64,000 nt of DNA from Naegleria gruberi (Eukaryota). Shown one piece after another: positions 1 to 9,618 of the stretch (its first letter is position 1; the number at the start of each line of letters is the position of its first letter). Location: the NCBI GenBank assembly GCA_000004985.1, contig GG738877.1; one strand, given 5' to 3'. A program made the translations under genes and the position numbers. The notes under the pieces were generated by a model. That model was not told the DNA's origin, did no database searches, and worked only from the letters and a program-made list of their open reading frames with translations.

Positions 1-3000
1 GGCATCCAGTGACAAGAAGCGTATGCTTTGTCCTGCCAAGACACTTGAATTTGGTAACTATTTGGGCTACTCTGGAACTGCTAAGAGAAGTAATCTTAAA
101 AAGACTGCTCTACAAAGCTTTGAAAGAGAAAACAGACCATTGCGTTTGTTCTTTATTCCTGAAATTGTTGAATATGTAGCCATGATAGATAGAGTTCTCT
201 GTAAAGATGGAAATTCTTTACTACTCGTAACCAAACAAGGCATTGGTAGTAGTGATATGGTTGCCCTCGTTTGTCACCTTCTCAAGTTTGAGCTATTCAT
301 TCCAAAGATGGTTGTTGGCTACTCTAGCAAGCATTTCAAGAATGATGTTAAAGCTGTTATTCAAAAAGCTGCACAAAACGAAAAAGTTTGTCTTATCCTT
401 GAAGACCACCACATGACTGACGTTTCACTTTTGGAATATGTTAATAGTCTTCTCAGTTCTGGTGAAATTCCAGGTCTCTTTACCAAGGAAGAATTAGAAA
501 TGATTCTCTCTTCTATCAAAGATGAAAGTTCAAGAGAAGGAAATCAAAGTATGAGTCCTAATGCTATCTTCATCAAACGTGTAGTTAACAACATGAGAAT
601 AGTTTTATTGATGGATCCTGATAATAGTAACTTTGATATGAAATGTAGATCAAATCCTGCCATCTTTACAAAATGTTCAATCATTTGGAAGGATAATTGG
701 TCCGCAGAAGGAATTCAACAAATTCCAAAGATGATTATAGATGAAAATGACTTGAAGACCCTATCTCTTAAACCAGATGAATTCATGCAATTGTTCGTTA
801 ATATTCACGATACTTGTACTGAAAGAAAAGCAACCCCTCTCCATTTTATTAACTTTATTGATACATTCAATAAGACTTTACAAAAGAAGAGATCTGTTAA
901 GCAAGAACAACAAGAGCACTTGAACAAGGGTTTATCAAAGTTGAAGGAAGCATCTAAGAGTGTTGATGAATTGTCTAAGAAAGCTGAAGTACAAAAAATA
1001 CAACTCAATGAAAAGCAAGAACAAAAGAAGATTGCCCTTACAGAAATTCAAAAGAGTATGCAAGAATCAGTCAAGGAACAAAATGATATTGAAAAGCTAA
1101 AGGAGCAAGTCAAGGTAGAAGATGTCAAGCTCAACGAAAAGAAGAGTTTCATCAATGGAAAACTTTCAAGTATTGAACCTCTTTTGGAGAGTGCCAAACA
1201 AGCTGTCGGTGCATTAACACCAAAAGAAATATCTGAAATTAAGAGTTTACAACAACCTCCAATTATTATCAGACAAATTTTGGAAGGTGTAGTTAGATTG
1301 ATGGGACAAAAGGATTGGAATTCTTGGAAGGGTATCCAAAACTTCTTGAATCGTATGGGTGTTAAGGATCAAATTATGAACTTTGATGCATCAACTGTAG
1401 ATAAAAAGGTACTTGATGATATCAAGAAATATCTTGCCGGTGAAGGTGCAGAATCATTCCAACCTGAAGTTGCTGCCAGAAGTAGCAAGTCAGCTTTACC
1501 TCTCGCAAAATGGGTTACTGCCAACGTTGAATATGCTGAAGTCCTCCAACAAGTTGGTCCACTTAAAAGAGAAATGGAAATTTTACTTAAATCTCAAGAA
1601 GTATTGAACAATCAATTGGCTCAATGCGAGAGTAAACTTAATACCCTCAATGAGAAGGTCAAATCTTTGCAAGATGAATACGAACAAAAGACACAAGAAG
1701 CTGAATCCCTCAAGTTTGGACTCCAACAAGCCGAAAAGACACTTTCATCAGCTAAGAGTTTGATTGGAAAACTTGGAGGTGAAAAAGAAAGATGGGAACA
1801 ACAACTTGATGCATTGGCAAAAGAAATGAAAGATATGCCATACCAAGCATTATTAGCTTCATCATTTATGACTTACCTTCCTGATGCCCCAGAAAATGTT
1901 AGAAAGGAATATATTGAAAAATGGAAGATTATTGCTAATATGAAGTCATTTGACTTCCGTTCATTCATGAGTACTGAAAGTGAAATGCTCCAATACAAAG
2001 GTGAAGGACTTCCTGGTGATGAACTTTCAACAGAAAATGCTATTGTTATTTTAGAAAGTATTAAGCATCCACTTATCATTGATCCATCCAGAAGAGCTGT
2101 TGAATGGTTAAAGACTCACTTGATGAATAAGAGCGTAGAATGTACAACTTCCCATGATACCAAGTTTAGTACAACTTTAGAATTGGCAGTGAGATTTGGT
2201 AAGACATTAATTGTTGAAGAAGTTGATCAAGTCGATCCAATCCTCTATCCACTTTTGAGAAATGAAATTATTGTACAAGGTACTAGAAAATCCGTAGTGG
2301 TAGGAGAAAAGACTGTTGATTACAGCGAAGATTTCAAGATTTATCTTGTAACAAGAAATCCAAATATTTCCCTTACACCTGATGCTTCTCCTCTTGTTAC
2401 TGTTGTCAACTTTACTGTAACAAAATCTGGTCTAGAAGGACAATTATTGAGTCAAACCTTACAACATGAAAACCCAGAAATCGAACAAAAGAAGAGTATG
2501 TTGTTGAAGAAGGAAGAAGAAAACAAGATTCAACTTAGTGATTTAGAAAAGCAACTCTTGAATGAATTAGCATCATCCAAAGGAAATCTACTTGAGAATG
2601 AATCTCTTATCACTAAATTGGCTGAAATTAAGAAGAAGAGTCAATCTATTGTTAGCAGTTTAGAAGAATCTAGTAAGACTATGAAGGAATTAGAAACAAA
2701 GAGAGATCAATATCGTCCATTTGCTGAAATGGGTAGCAACCTTTTCTTTATCATTTCTGATATGAAGAACATTAATAGAATGTACCAATTCAGTCTCTCT
2801 TCATTCATCAAGCTTTTCGATCAAGCTTTAACTTCAAGATTAGACAAGGCATCTGATGTTAATTTGAGAATTACCCTATTGAAACAAGAATTGAGTAAGA
2901 TTGCCTTTACCTACATTACTAGATCTTTATTCAAGGAGGATAGACTTTTATTTGGTATGCATATGGTTCGTGGTCTATTCCCATCAATGTTCAATCAACA

Positions 3001-5155
3001 ACAATGGAACTTCTTTATTGGTAATGTTTTGAAAGAAGCACCTACAGGAACACAAACTCCAAATTGGATTCCTCAAGATAGAGTCAAGACATTCCAACTT
3101 CTTTCAGCATGCCTTCCTGAAACCGTTAGCAAGCTTCAATTTGGTAACAGTGAGAAGTGGAAACATTGGTTAACTTCAAAGGAAGATGCTGTTTCATCAT
3201 TCCCAGTACCTGATAATTCCATCAGCTATGCTGAAAAGGTTCTTGTTATCAAAACTTTGAAACCTGATCAATTGTTTGTTGTTATCACAGATTTGGTCAC
3301 AAAGACTTTGGATATCAAGTCATTGTCAACCTCATTAAAACTTGCCAATATCCACAAGCAAGAAAGTAATTGTGCCGAACCTATTTTACTTATTACTACT
3401 GCTGGTGCTGATCCTTCACAAGAATTGAGACAAATGGCTCTTGATGTTGCTGGGGAAGCCAACTTTATTGAATTGGCTATGGGTCAAGGTCAAACAGAAG
3501 AGGCTATCCAACTCCTTAGAAAATGTACAAGAGAAGGAAAATGGTTGTTCTTGAAGAATCTTCACTTGGTAGTTTCTTGGCTTCCAACTTTGGAGAAAGA
3601 AATTGCTGTCCTTTCTGATGTAAATGAAGGATTTAGATTATGGTTGACCACCGAGACACATGATGAATTCCCAATCATTTTACTCCAACAAAGCTTGAAA
3701 TTAACATTTGAATCTCCTCCAGGAATCAAGCAAAATATGCTCAGAACCTTTGAATCACAAAATGTTACTGAATTCAAGGCATACGGAAAGAATCGTATGA
3801 GATTGTCTCTCCTTTTGGCTTGGTTCCACTCTGTTGTACAAGAGAGAAGAACATATATCCCTCAAGGTTGGTCTAAATTCTACGAATTCTCTTCTTCAGA
3901 TTTCAGAGCTGCCTCAGACATTATTGGAGCTGCAATTGAGAACGAAAATCCAGAATGGAATACTATTCTTGGACTTTTAGAAAATGCCATTTATGGTGGT
4001 AGAATTGATAATAAGTACGATGCCAAGATCTTGAGAGCTTACCTCACCAAGTACTTTAATCCAAATGTTCTTAATAATAAGGAATCTCTTTACACAAAGG
4101 GTTTATTCCTTCCTGATAATAATTCATATGAAGAATATATGAGATTTATTGAAAGATTACCAGATATTGATCAACCTGTTGTATTTGGTCTTCCACCTAA
4201 TGCTGATAGAGTTGTTCAAGTTTACAGAGGTAACAAATTAATAGAAAAACTCAAACATATTCATTCTATGAACCAATCACATCACTCCTTCAATAAGGAA
4301 GAATGGACTTCAAAATTAGTACCTATTGTACAATTGTGGAATGGACTGGTAAACCCTAACAGATCCGTATTACTTCAAACTAAGAGAAATAATGAAGTGA
4401 TTAATGATCCAGTTGACTCATTTATTACTTTAGAAATGGATAATTCTCTTGATTTGATCAAATTTATTGATTCTGAAGTTCAAAAGATTAGTGAAGTAAT
4501 CAAGGGAGTTTCCTTGATTGATGCTATTATCCATTCCAATGGTCTTTCTCTCATGGGTGGTTCAATTCCTGAAAGATGGCAACTTAAATGGGAAAATGGT
4601 CCTGGTGACAATATTACTGTTTGGTTGAACGAAATTGTCTCAAAGACCCTCAAGTTGCATGAATGTTGTACACTCGTTTCCCAAGGTAAACTATTCTCCA
4701 AGCCTCTCGAGTTGAATACACTATTCAATCCTCACATCTTCTTCAATGCTCTCAAACAACAAACAGCTAGAAAATCTGGACTTCAACTTGATGACTTAAC
4801 TGTATTGACTGCCTCTTGGGGTAATAAGAATATTTCTGGTGTTTCACTCAAAGTTGCTATCAAGGGTATTGGTATTCAAGGTAGTGAATTTGATGGTACA
4901 CTTACCAGCATTTCATCTGATTCATCACCAGCACTTATTGAATTACCACCATGTGAAGTTTACTGGCTCACAGAAAAACAAGTGGAAGATTTGAAGCAAA
5001 AGAAAGAATTCCCACAAGTTACTCTGCCACTTCCAATCTATTATTCTACCAACAGAGAATTCACAGTTGCTGAATTAACTATGCCATGTAATTCTATTGT
5101 AGATGTTGACAAGTTTATTTTAACTGGTACAGCACTCTTTGTTGATACCCAATAA
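1..5155 (+). CDS. Dynein heavy chain, cytoplasmic-type, C-terminal ~1710 aa (AAA4 end, coiled-coil stalk with microtubule-binding domain, AAA5, AAA6, C-terminal domain). The 5' end is truncated by the window edge and the reading frame is open from base 2.
   Basis: Single 5.1-kb intronless ORF. K/E-rich heptad coiled coil at about aa 300-560 is typical of the dynein stalk. Conserved dynein C-terminal blocks follow, with about 1150 aa after the stalk, which favours the cytoplasmic or IFT type over axonemal. Stop TAA at 5153-5155. Confidence 0.9.
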   Translation, partial: ASSDKKRMLCPAKTLEFGNYLGYSGTAKRSNLKKTALQSFERENRPLRLFFIPEIVEYVAMIDRVLCKDGNSLLLVTKQGIGSSDMVALVCHLLKFELFIPKMVVGYSSKHFKNDVKAVIQKAAQNEKVCLILEDHHMTDVSLLEYVNSLLSSGEIPGLFTKEELEMILSSIKDESSREGNQSMSPNAIFIKRVVNNMRIVLLMDPDNSNFDMKCRSNPAIFTKCSIIWKDNWSAEGIQQIPKMIIDENDLKTLSLKPDEFMQLFVNIHDTCTERKATPLHFINFIDTFNKTLQKKRSVKQEQQEHLNKGLSKLKEASKSVDELSKKAEVQKIQLNEKQEQKKIALTEIQKSMQESVKEQNDIEKLKEQVKVEDVKLNEKKSFINGKLSSIEPLLESAKQAVGALTPKEISEIKSLQQPPIIIRQILEGVVRLMGQKDWNSWKGIQNFLNRMGVKDQIMNFDASTVDKKVLDDIKKYLAGEGAESFQPEVAARSSKSALPLAKWVTANVEYAEVLQQVGPLKREMEILLKSQEVLNNQLAQCESKLNTLNEKVKSLQDEYEQKTQEAESLKFGLQQAEKTLSSAKSLIGKLGGEKERWEQQLDALAKEMKDMPYQALLASSFMTYLPDAPENVRKEYIEKWKIIANMKSFDFRSFMSTESEMLQYKGEGLPGDELSTENAIVILESIKHPLIIDPSRRAVEWLKTHLMNKSVECTTSHDTKFSTTLELAVRFGKTLIVEEVDQVDPILYPLLRNEIIVQGTRKSVVVGEKTVDYSEDFKIYLVTRNPNISLTPDASPLVTVVNFTVTKSGLEGQLLSQTLQHENPEIEQKKSMLLKKEEENKIQLSDLEKQLLNELASSKGNLLENESLITKLAEIKKKSQSIVSSLEESSKTMKELETKRDQYRPFAEMGSNLFFIISDMKNINRMYQFSLSSFIKLFDQALTSRLDKASDVNLRITLLKQELSKIAFTYITRSLFKEDRLLFGMHMVRGLFPSMFNQQQWNFFIGNVLKEAPTGTQTPNWIPQDRVKTFQLLSACLPETVSKLQFGNSEKWKHWLTSKEDAVSSFPVPDNSISYAEKVLVIKTLKPDQLFVVITDLVTKTLDIKSLSTSLKLANIHKQESNCAEPILLITTAGADPSQELRQMALDVAGEANFIELAMGQGQTEEAIQLLRKCTREGKWLFLKNLHLVVSWLPTLEKEIAVLSDVNEGFRLWLTTETHDEFPIILLQQSLKLTFESPPGIKQNMLRTFESQNVTEFKAYGKNRMRLSLLLAWFHSVVQERRTYIPQGWSKFYEFSSSDFRAASDIIGAAIENENPEWNTILGLLENAIYGGRIDNKYDAKILRAYLTKYFNPNVLNNKESLYTKGLFLPDNNSYEEYMRFIERLPDIDQPVVFGLPPNADRVVQVYRGNKLIEKLKHIHSMNQSHHSFNKEEWTSKLVPIVQLWNGLVNPNRSVLLQTKRNNEVINDPVDSFITLEMDNSLDLIKFIDSEVQKISEVIKGVSLIDAIIHSNGLSLMGGSIPERWQLKWENGPGDNITVWLNEIVSKTLKLHECCTLVSQGKLFSKPLELNTLFNPHIFFNALKQQTARKSGLQLDDLTVLTASWGNKNISGVSLKVAIKGIGIQGSEFDGTLTSISSDSSPALIELPPCEVYWLTEKQVEDLKQKKEFPQVTLPLPIYYSTNREFTVAELTMPCNSIVDVDKFILTGTALFVDTQ

Positions 5156-5243
5156 GATTTTGTGTAAATAATAAAAAACAACATTAAATTATTTTAAATT
5201 CTTCAACTTCACCAAACCATTTCATCAAAATAATTGAAAAAAA

Positions 5244-7682
5244 ATGTTCATGCTAAGAAAGACAAAACCAACTCACAACGATAGAGGTGAGAGAATTGAT
5301 GGAGGAAGTGATGATAATCGTTTCGGAAGTAATAGAGGAGGGGGAATTTCATCATGGAAAAGTTCCAACGGAGATGATTCTTATGATAGAAATAATAGGA
5401 ACAACAACAATAGAGGAGGAGGTAGAAGATCATATAATAACAATGATAGATATGACAATAATAGACAATCATCATATAACAATGATAGATATGATAATAA
5501 TAGACAATCATATGATAAAAACAACAGATACAATAACAAACAAGATGATAGATATAATAACGATAAAAACCAAGAAGACGAAACAAATAACGAAGATGAT
5601 CTTGTCACATTCGGAACTGAACTTTCACAGTTGAATATTGCTGAAGTTTTTGATAGTGAAGGAAAGAATCAAATTAGAACTGCAAGAAGTATCTTGTCAT
5701 ATTTTAGAAGAATTGAATCTTTGATGAATAAGGATGATTTCCCAACTAACGAAGATCGTATTCAATTTATTACAAGTGTTTTCAATTATACTATTGAAAT
5801 GAAGAATTTATTTGAAGGTACTGGTGATGAACAAGAACAAAAGAAGAAGGGAAATTATGCATTAATTGTGTCTTTGAATAATCCTGTTATTGCTAAATGT
5901 CTTCAAACAATGGTACCATTAAGCTCTTCAGAGGATTTGAGAGGATTTTTGAATGCTTGTTCGAATCATTTACATATCATTAGTAATGGTAGATTTAGTT
6001 CATTCTTAATTCAAGAAGCTTTGAAATATGTTCCAGAAGTTGTTAAAGAAGAATCACATGTCGAAAATTTAATGCAAGATGATGAACTTGATTCAAAGCC
6101 AACAATGACTGATATTATAATTGAGGCCTATAACTCATCTATTGAACCAAACTTGTTCGATATGATTTTCCATAAGAATGCTTCATTTGTTGTAAGACAA
6201 TTACCACTTTGTCTTGGATATATTAAATCCAAGAAGGAACTTGGAAAAACTCTTTTGGATCTTATGGTTGACAAGGTTATTTCATCATGTCCTATTGGTG
6301 ATATTTTGAATGATAGTATTGCTCTTGGATTTTTAACATCACTTATGGAAAATGTTTCAACATTTATGCAAATGATTGGTAAAACTGATGCAAAACTTCT
6401 CTCTAAGATTATCAAATATGCTATTGAACAAACATCAGATGAAGAATTGACAATTTCTTCTGAAACAATTACCAAACTCTTATCTAGTACACAACACAGT
6501 CGTATTGTAGAATTAATTATTAGTATTGGAGATGAAGGTATTTTCTCAAATATTGTTGAAAAGATTCTTGCACCTAATGCTGAAAGCTTTGCCACAGATA
6601 AGAATAAGTGCTATACAATTGTTAATGCAATTGAAAGAGCAAATAGAGAACAATTTATTTTACTTTTCAATGCTTTGAGAGATTCTATCAAGAAGTGTTT
6701 CTCTGAGGGAATTCTCAATGTTATTACTTGTTTGGCTAAGGGTTGTTTAAAGTTCAATACTAAGGAACAAGAATTGATCCAACAATTACTCAAAGGATTG
6801 ACAAAGGATGGAGAAAAGACAAATGAACAAGCCATTGAAGAATTACTCTATTTGGAAGATAAAACTACATGCAATAGACACGGTTGCAATTTATTATCAA
6901 CACTTTTCACATTCCAATCCAAGAAAATGTTGAATCCACTTTTGAATATTTTCAAAGAAATGGACGAAGAAAAACTCTTTACATTGTGTACCACAAAGGA
7001 AACTAGTATGGTAATTGATTCACTTGTTCAAATGAGTGATGAGTTTATCCAAAAGATCAAACCAAAGCTTGTAGATTTATCTGTAAATGTTTATGGTGCA
7101 TTCGTTGTGGAAAAGGCCATGCTTGAATGCAAAGACAGTAAATTGCACATGGAAATTGCAACAATTTTGAAAGACGCAGAAACAAAGATTAGATCTAGTA
7201 AGCCAGGTTCTGTCCTTTGGAATAAGACCAACTTGTCACAATTCAAGAGTAATCCAAATGATTGGTTACAAAGAAAGGAAGAACAAAGAAGTAAAAAGAA
7301 GAAGAATGCCAAGATGATTCAAGAAATGGCAAATGTAAATATTGCCAACAGTTCCTCAAAGAAAAAGAAGCCAAAGAAGGAAAGACCACAAAAGAAAGAA
7401 CAAGCTCCATCTACCACTGAAAATATCGAGAAAACAGAAGCTGTATCTACAATTGAAACTGCTGAACCTGTAAAGAAGGAAAAGAAACAGAAAGAAAAAC
7501 CAACAGAAGAGAAAACTGAAAAGAAAGAAAGTAAGAAGAAATCTAATGAGGATCTCAGTCTAGACTTTTTGGAAGTAATTGATGAACCAAAGAAAGATAA
7601 GAAGAGAAAGAAGGAATCAGTTGACATGTTAGATTTTGTTGATAACATTTTAGAGTCAAGTCTCAAAAAGAAGAAAAAGTAA
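5244..7682 (+). CDS. 812-aa protein. N-terminus is N/R/D/Y-rich low complexity (RGG-like), followed by a long alpha-helical repeat region (Puf/ARM-like), and a lysine-rich C-terminal tail typical of nucleolar proteins (possible NOP9/Puf-A-like). Product assignment is tentative.
   Basis: Continuous ORF starting at ATG 5244. Contains a coding tandem repeat (NNDRYDNNRQS). The C-terminus has KKKK/KEKK runs. No introns apparent. Stop at 7680-7682. Confidence 0.5.
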   Translation: MFMLRKTKPTHNDRGERIDGGSDDNRFGSNRGGGISSWKSSNGDDSYDRNNRNNNNRGGGRRSYNNNDRYDNNRQSSYNNDRYDNNRQSYDKNNRYNNKQDDRYNNDKNQEDETNNEDDLVTFGTELSQLNIAEVFDSEGKNQIRTARSILSYFRRIESLMNKDDFPTNEDRIQFITSVFNYTIEMKNLFEGTGDEQEQKKKGNYALIVSLNNPVIAKCLQTMVPLSSSEDLRGFLNACSNHLHIISNGRFSSFLIQEALKYVPEVVKEESHVENLMQDDELDSKPTMTDIIIEAYNSSIEPNLFDMIFHKNASFVVRQLPLCLGYIKSKKELGKTLLDLMVDKVISSCPIGDILNDSIALGFLTSLMENVSTFMQMIGKTDAKLLSKIIKYAIEQTSDEELTISSETITKLLSSTQHSRIVELIISIGDEGIFSNIVEKILAPNAESFATDKNKCYTIVNAIERANREQFILLFNALRDSIKKCFSEGILNVITCLAKGCLKFNTKEQELIQQLLKGLTKDGEKTNEQAIEELLYLEDKTTCNRHGCNLLSTLFTFQSKKMLNPLLNIFKEMDEEKLFTLCTTKETSMVIDSLVQMSDEFIQKIKPKLVDLSVNVYGAFVVEKAMLECKDSKLHMEIATILKDAETKIRSSKPGSVLWNKTNLSQFKSNPNDWLQRKEEQRSKKKKNAKMIQEMANVNIANSSSKKKKPKKERPQKKEQAPSTTENIEKTEAVSTIETAEPVKKEKKQKEKPTEEKTEKKESKKKSNEDLSLDFLEVIDEPKKDKKRKKESVDMLDFVDNILESSLKKKKK
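5438..5560 (+). repeat. Coding minisatellite of about 39-nt units (two near-perfect copies plus degenerate flanking copies) encoding NNDRYDNNRQS(S)Y repeats.
   Basis: Direct comparison of 5438-5476 with 5477-5513 gives about 95% identity. Similar AAYAAYGAYAGATAYGA units continue to about 5560. Confidence 0.7.
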
Positions 7683-7685
7683 ACT

Positions 7686-9179
7686 TTAATAATCGTCATA
7701 ATCTCTTTCTTGTGTTTTTTGTCTGAGTTTGACTTGATCTCTACCTTTTTGAGTATTACGTTTGGCTGTTTGAATATCTTTAACCTTGGTAAATTGCTTC
7801 TTTTTGATATCTCTCTTAACTTGTTCCTTAATGTCCTCAGCAGTAAGAGCCTTCTTCTTTCTCCTTCTTCCTGTTGCTGTTGAAACACTAGTACCAGTAA
7901 CTACTGAAGCTTGTTCATGATCACTGTCAACTTGTTCTTCTTGATTATTTTCAGTTGTTTCCTCGTTTGTTGTTGTTGATGGTTCTTCTGTTGATTCTGT
8001 TGTTTCTTCTTTTCCTTCTTCGTCCTTTTCTTTCAAAATATCATCAAACTCCTTTGCCTTGTCCTTTGTAAAACCACTAGCTTCGACACTAACATCCAAA
8101 GAAAATTCCTTTGTAATTTCAGAAAGTTTTGGATGATACCTCGAATATTCTGGATCATCCTTATCAATAACAATACCAAACTTCTTTGAAAAGAATGATG
8201 AAATACAGTCCAAATCTCTGTTAAAGTAATAATCTGCGTTTGCGTGTGATGTAGAAACCATTTGAGGGAAGTCAATTACGATAACCTTTTCACTCTTTGG
8301 TTTAACCAACAAGTTAAATTCGTTAAAGTCACCATGTACTAAACCATATTGAGCTAATTTAACAAGCAAATCTACACATTGTTGATAAACATACAATGGA
8401 TGTTTCATCTCTCTAATTTGATACAAAGGATAACCCTTAATATGTTCCATAAGAACACAATGTCTATTGCAGTCAATTGGTTTTGGTACAGGAATACATC
8501 CAGTATCATAAATAGCTTTCATAAAAGCAAATTCCTTTAAAGCACTCAATCTACTCATATATAACCAGTTAGTAGGCTTACTTCTCTTTCCTAAATAATC
8601 TCTTGTATTCTTAACAGCTCTGAATGATGATCTACCTAATCTGTGGAATTTAATAACAATTTGTTTTGCTTTATGTTCCAAATCATATCCAGCAAATCCA
8701 TCCTCTTCAAATTCAAAAGCTTCCTCATCTTCATCACTTTCTTCTTCCAAGAATTTTTCTTCCTTATCAAGAACAACTTTAACTTCATCTTCATCTTCTT
8801 CATCAACATCCTTTTCAACTTCTTCTCCTTCCTTTACAGGTGAAAGCAACAAGTAAATATCAGATTCTTTACCAACACCAATTTGTCTTCCGAATCCAAC
8901 AACATGTCCTCTTTTCATAAATGTTTTTAATGATAAAAAGTCATAACCTGGATACGTTAAATGATAACCATCATAATTCTTGGCATCGTGATGAACAAGC
9001 CTATATTTTAATAATAAAGATAATACTTTTTGTGTACCTCCGTGTCTGAGTCCTGCAATTCTCTCAATCAATGGTGTTGGTACTAATTCGTGATTTTTCA
9101 TACCCATTTCAATGGCTGTTAGCACACGGAAATCATCATTGGAGAGGTATCTAAATTTATTAGAATCTATTTTAACCAT
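7686..9179 (-). CDS. rio2: RIO2 atypical serine protein kinase (ribosome 40S maturation). N-terminal winged-helix domain plus RIO domain, with an acidic insert and a K/E-rich C-terminus.
   Basis: N-terminus MVKIDSNKFRYLSNDDFRVLTAIEMGMKNHELVPT matches the RIO2 winged-helix domain. Kinase core contains FGRQIGVGKESDIY and LVHGDFNEFN. The true ATG is at 9179; the track start at 9203 is TTG. Intronless. Confidence 0.85.
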   Translation of the reverse strand: MVKIDSNKFRYLSNDDFRVLTAIEMGMKNHELVPTPLIERIAGLRHGGTQKVLSLLLKYRLVHHDAKNYDGYHLTYPGYDFLSLKTFMKRGHVVGFGRQIGVGKESDIYLLLSPVKEGEEVEKDVDEEDEDEVKVVLDKEEKFLEEESDEDEEAFEFEEDGFAGYDLEHKAKQIVIKFHRLGRSSFRAVKNTRDYLGKRSKPTNWLYMSRLSALKEFAFMKAIYDTGCIPVPKPIDCNRHCVLMEHIKGYPLYQIREMKHPLYVYQQCVDLLVKLAQYGLVHGDFNEFNLLVKPKSEKVIVIDFPQMVSTSHANADYYFNRDLDCISSFFSKKFGIVIDKDDPEYSRYHPKLSEITKEFSLDVSVEASGFTKDKAKEFDDILKEKDEEGKEETTESTEEPSTTTNEETTENNQEEQVDSDHEQASVVTGTSVSTATGRRRKKKALTAEDIKEQVKRDIKKKQFTKVKDIQTAKRNTQKGRDQVKLRQKTQERDYDDY

Positions 9180-9240
9180 TTTTTTAAAAACAATCACCAA
9201 CAACCAACATTCAAATAATTATTGAATTATTTTTATTAAC

Positions 9241-9256
9241 ATGATATTAATATCAT
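9241..9256. promoter_or_regulatory. Perfect 16-bp palindrome ATGATATTAATATCAT in the short divergent spacer upstream of rio2.
   Basis: The sequence is its own reverse complement. It lies 62 bp upstream of the rio2 ATG. A regulatory function is inferred from position only. Confidence 0.25.
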
Positions 9257-9618
9257 CACCATCAAACTAGTTTGATGCCATCATCGCATGCACCATGGAG
9301 CATAATTTCAATAGAGGTGCATAGAGTGGCACATTGTCAGTAAATGCATTTTGAAATTGATTTTTATTTACACTAGTTCCGATAGAGTTTGTCTTTTGAA
9401 TTCCTTCCTTCGGTAATAAGAAGATTATTGCTTTGGTTTACTTTCCTCTAAATCAATCTTGATCTTTTTCACTTCTTTACTTCTCGAATATTGAACAGAG
9501 AGTGCAAAACCAACAATAGCAACACCCCAAACACCAGCTTGATATTTCCAATTCATTCCTTGTATTTTTTTTGATTGAATTAATTCGTCATATTGAAAGC
9601 ACCTGTCCCTATTAGAAT

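Noticed and set aside
5248-5634. Antisense and alternative-frame ORFs (112, 115 and 75 aa) overlapping the 5' repeat region of the 812-aa gene
   Set aside because: They are produced by the low-complexity AAT/GAT-rich minisatellite. They translate to homopolymeric Y/I/L or M/I/D strings with no start context, and lie entirely inside a better-supported gene.
6128-7888. Minus-strand ORFs (155, 74, 73 and 189 aa) opposite the 812-aa gene and the rio2 3' end
   Set aside because: They shadow long sense ORFs. Composition is F/L/S-rich, typical of the reverse complement of K/E-rich coding DNA, and there is no domain similarity.
9201-9203. Many ORF-track 'M' start codons that are actually TTG/GTG/CTG (for example 9203, 19392, 28259, 28936, 45821, 48712, 51978, 52767, 61760)
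   Set aside because: In each case the next in-frame ATG, or an upstream spliced exon, gives a protein that matches the homologue N-terminus. The alternative starts are a permissive setting of the ORF finder, not biology.
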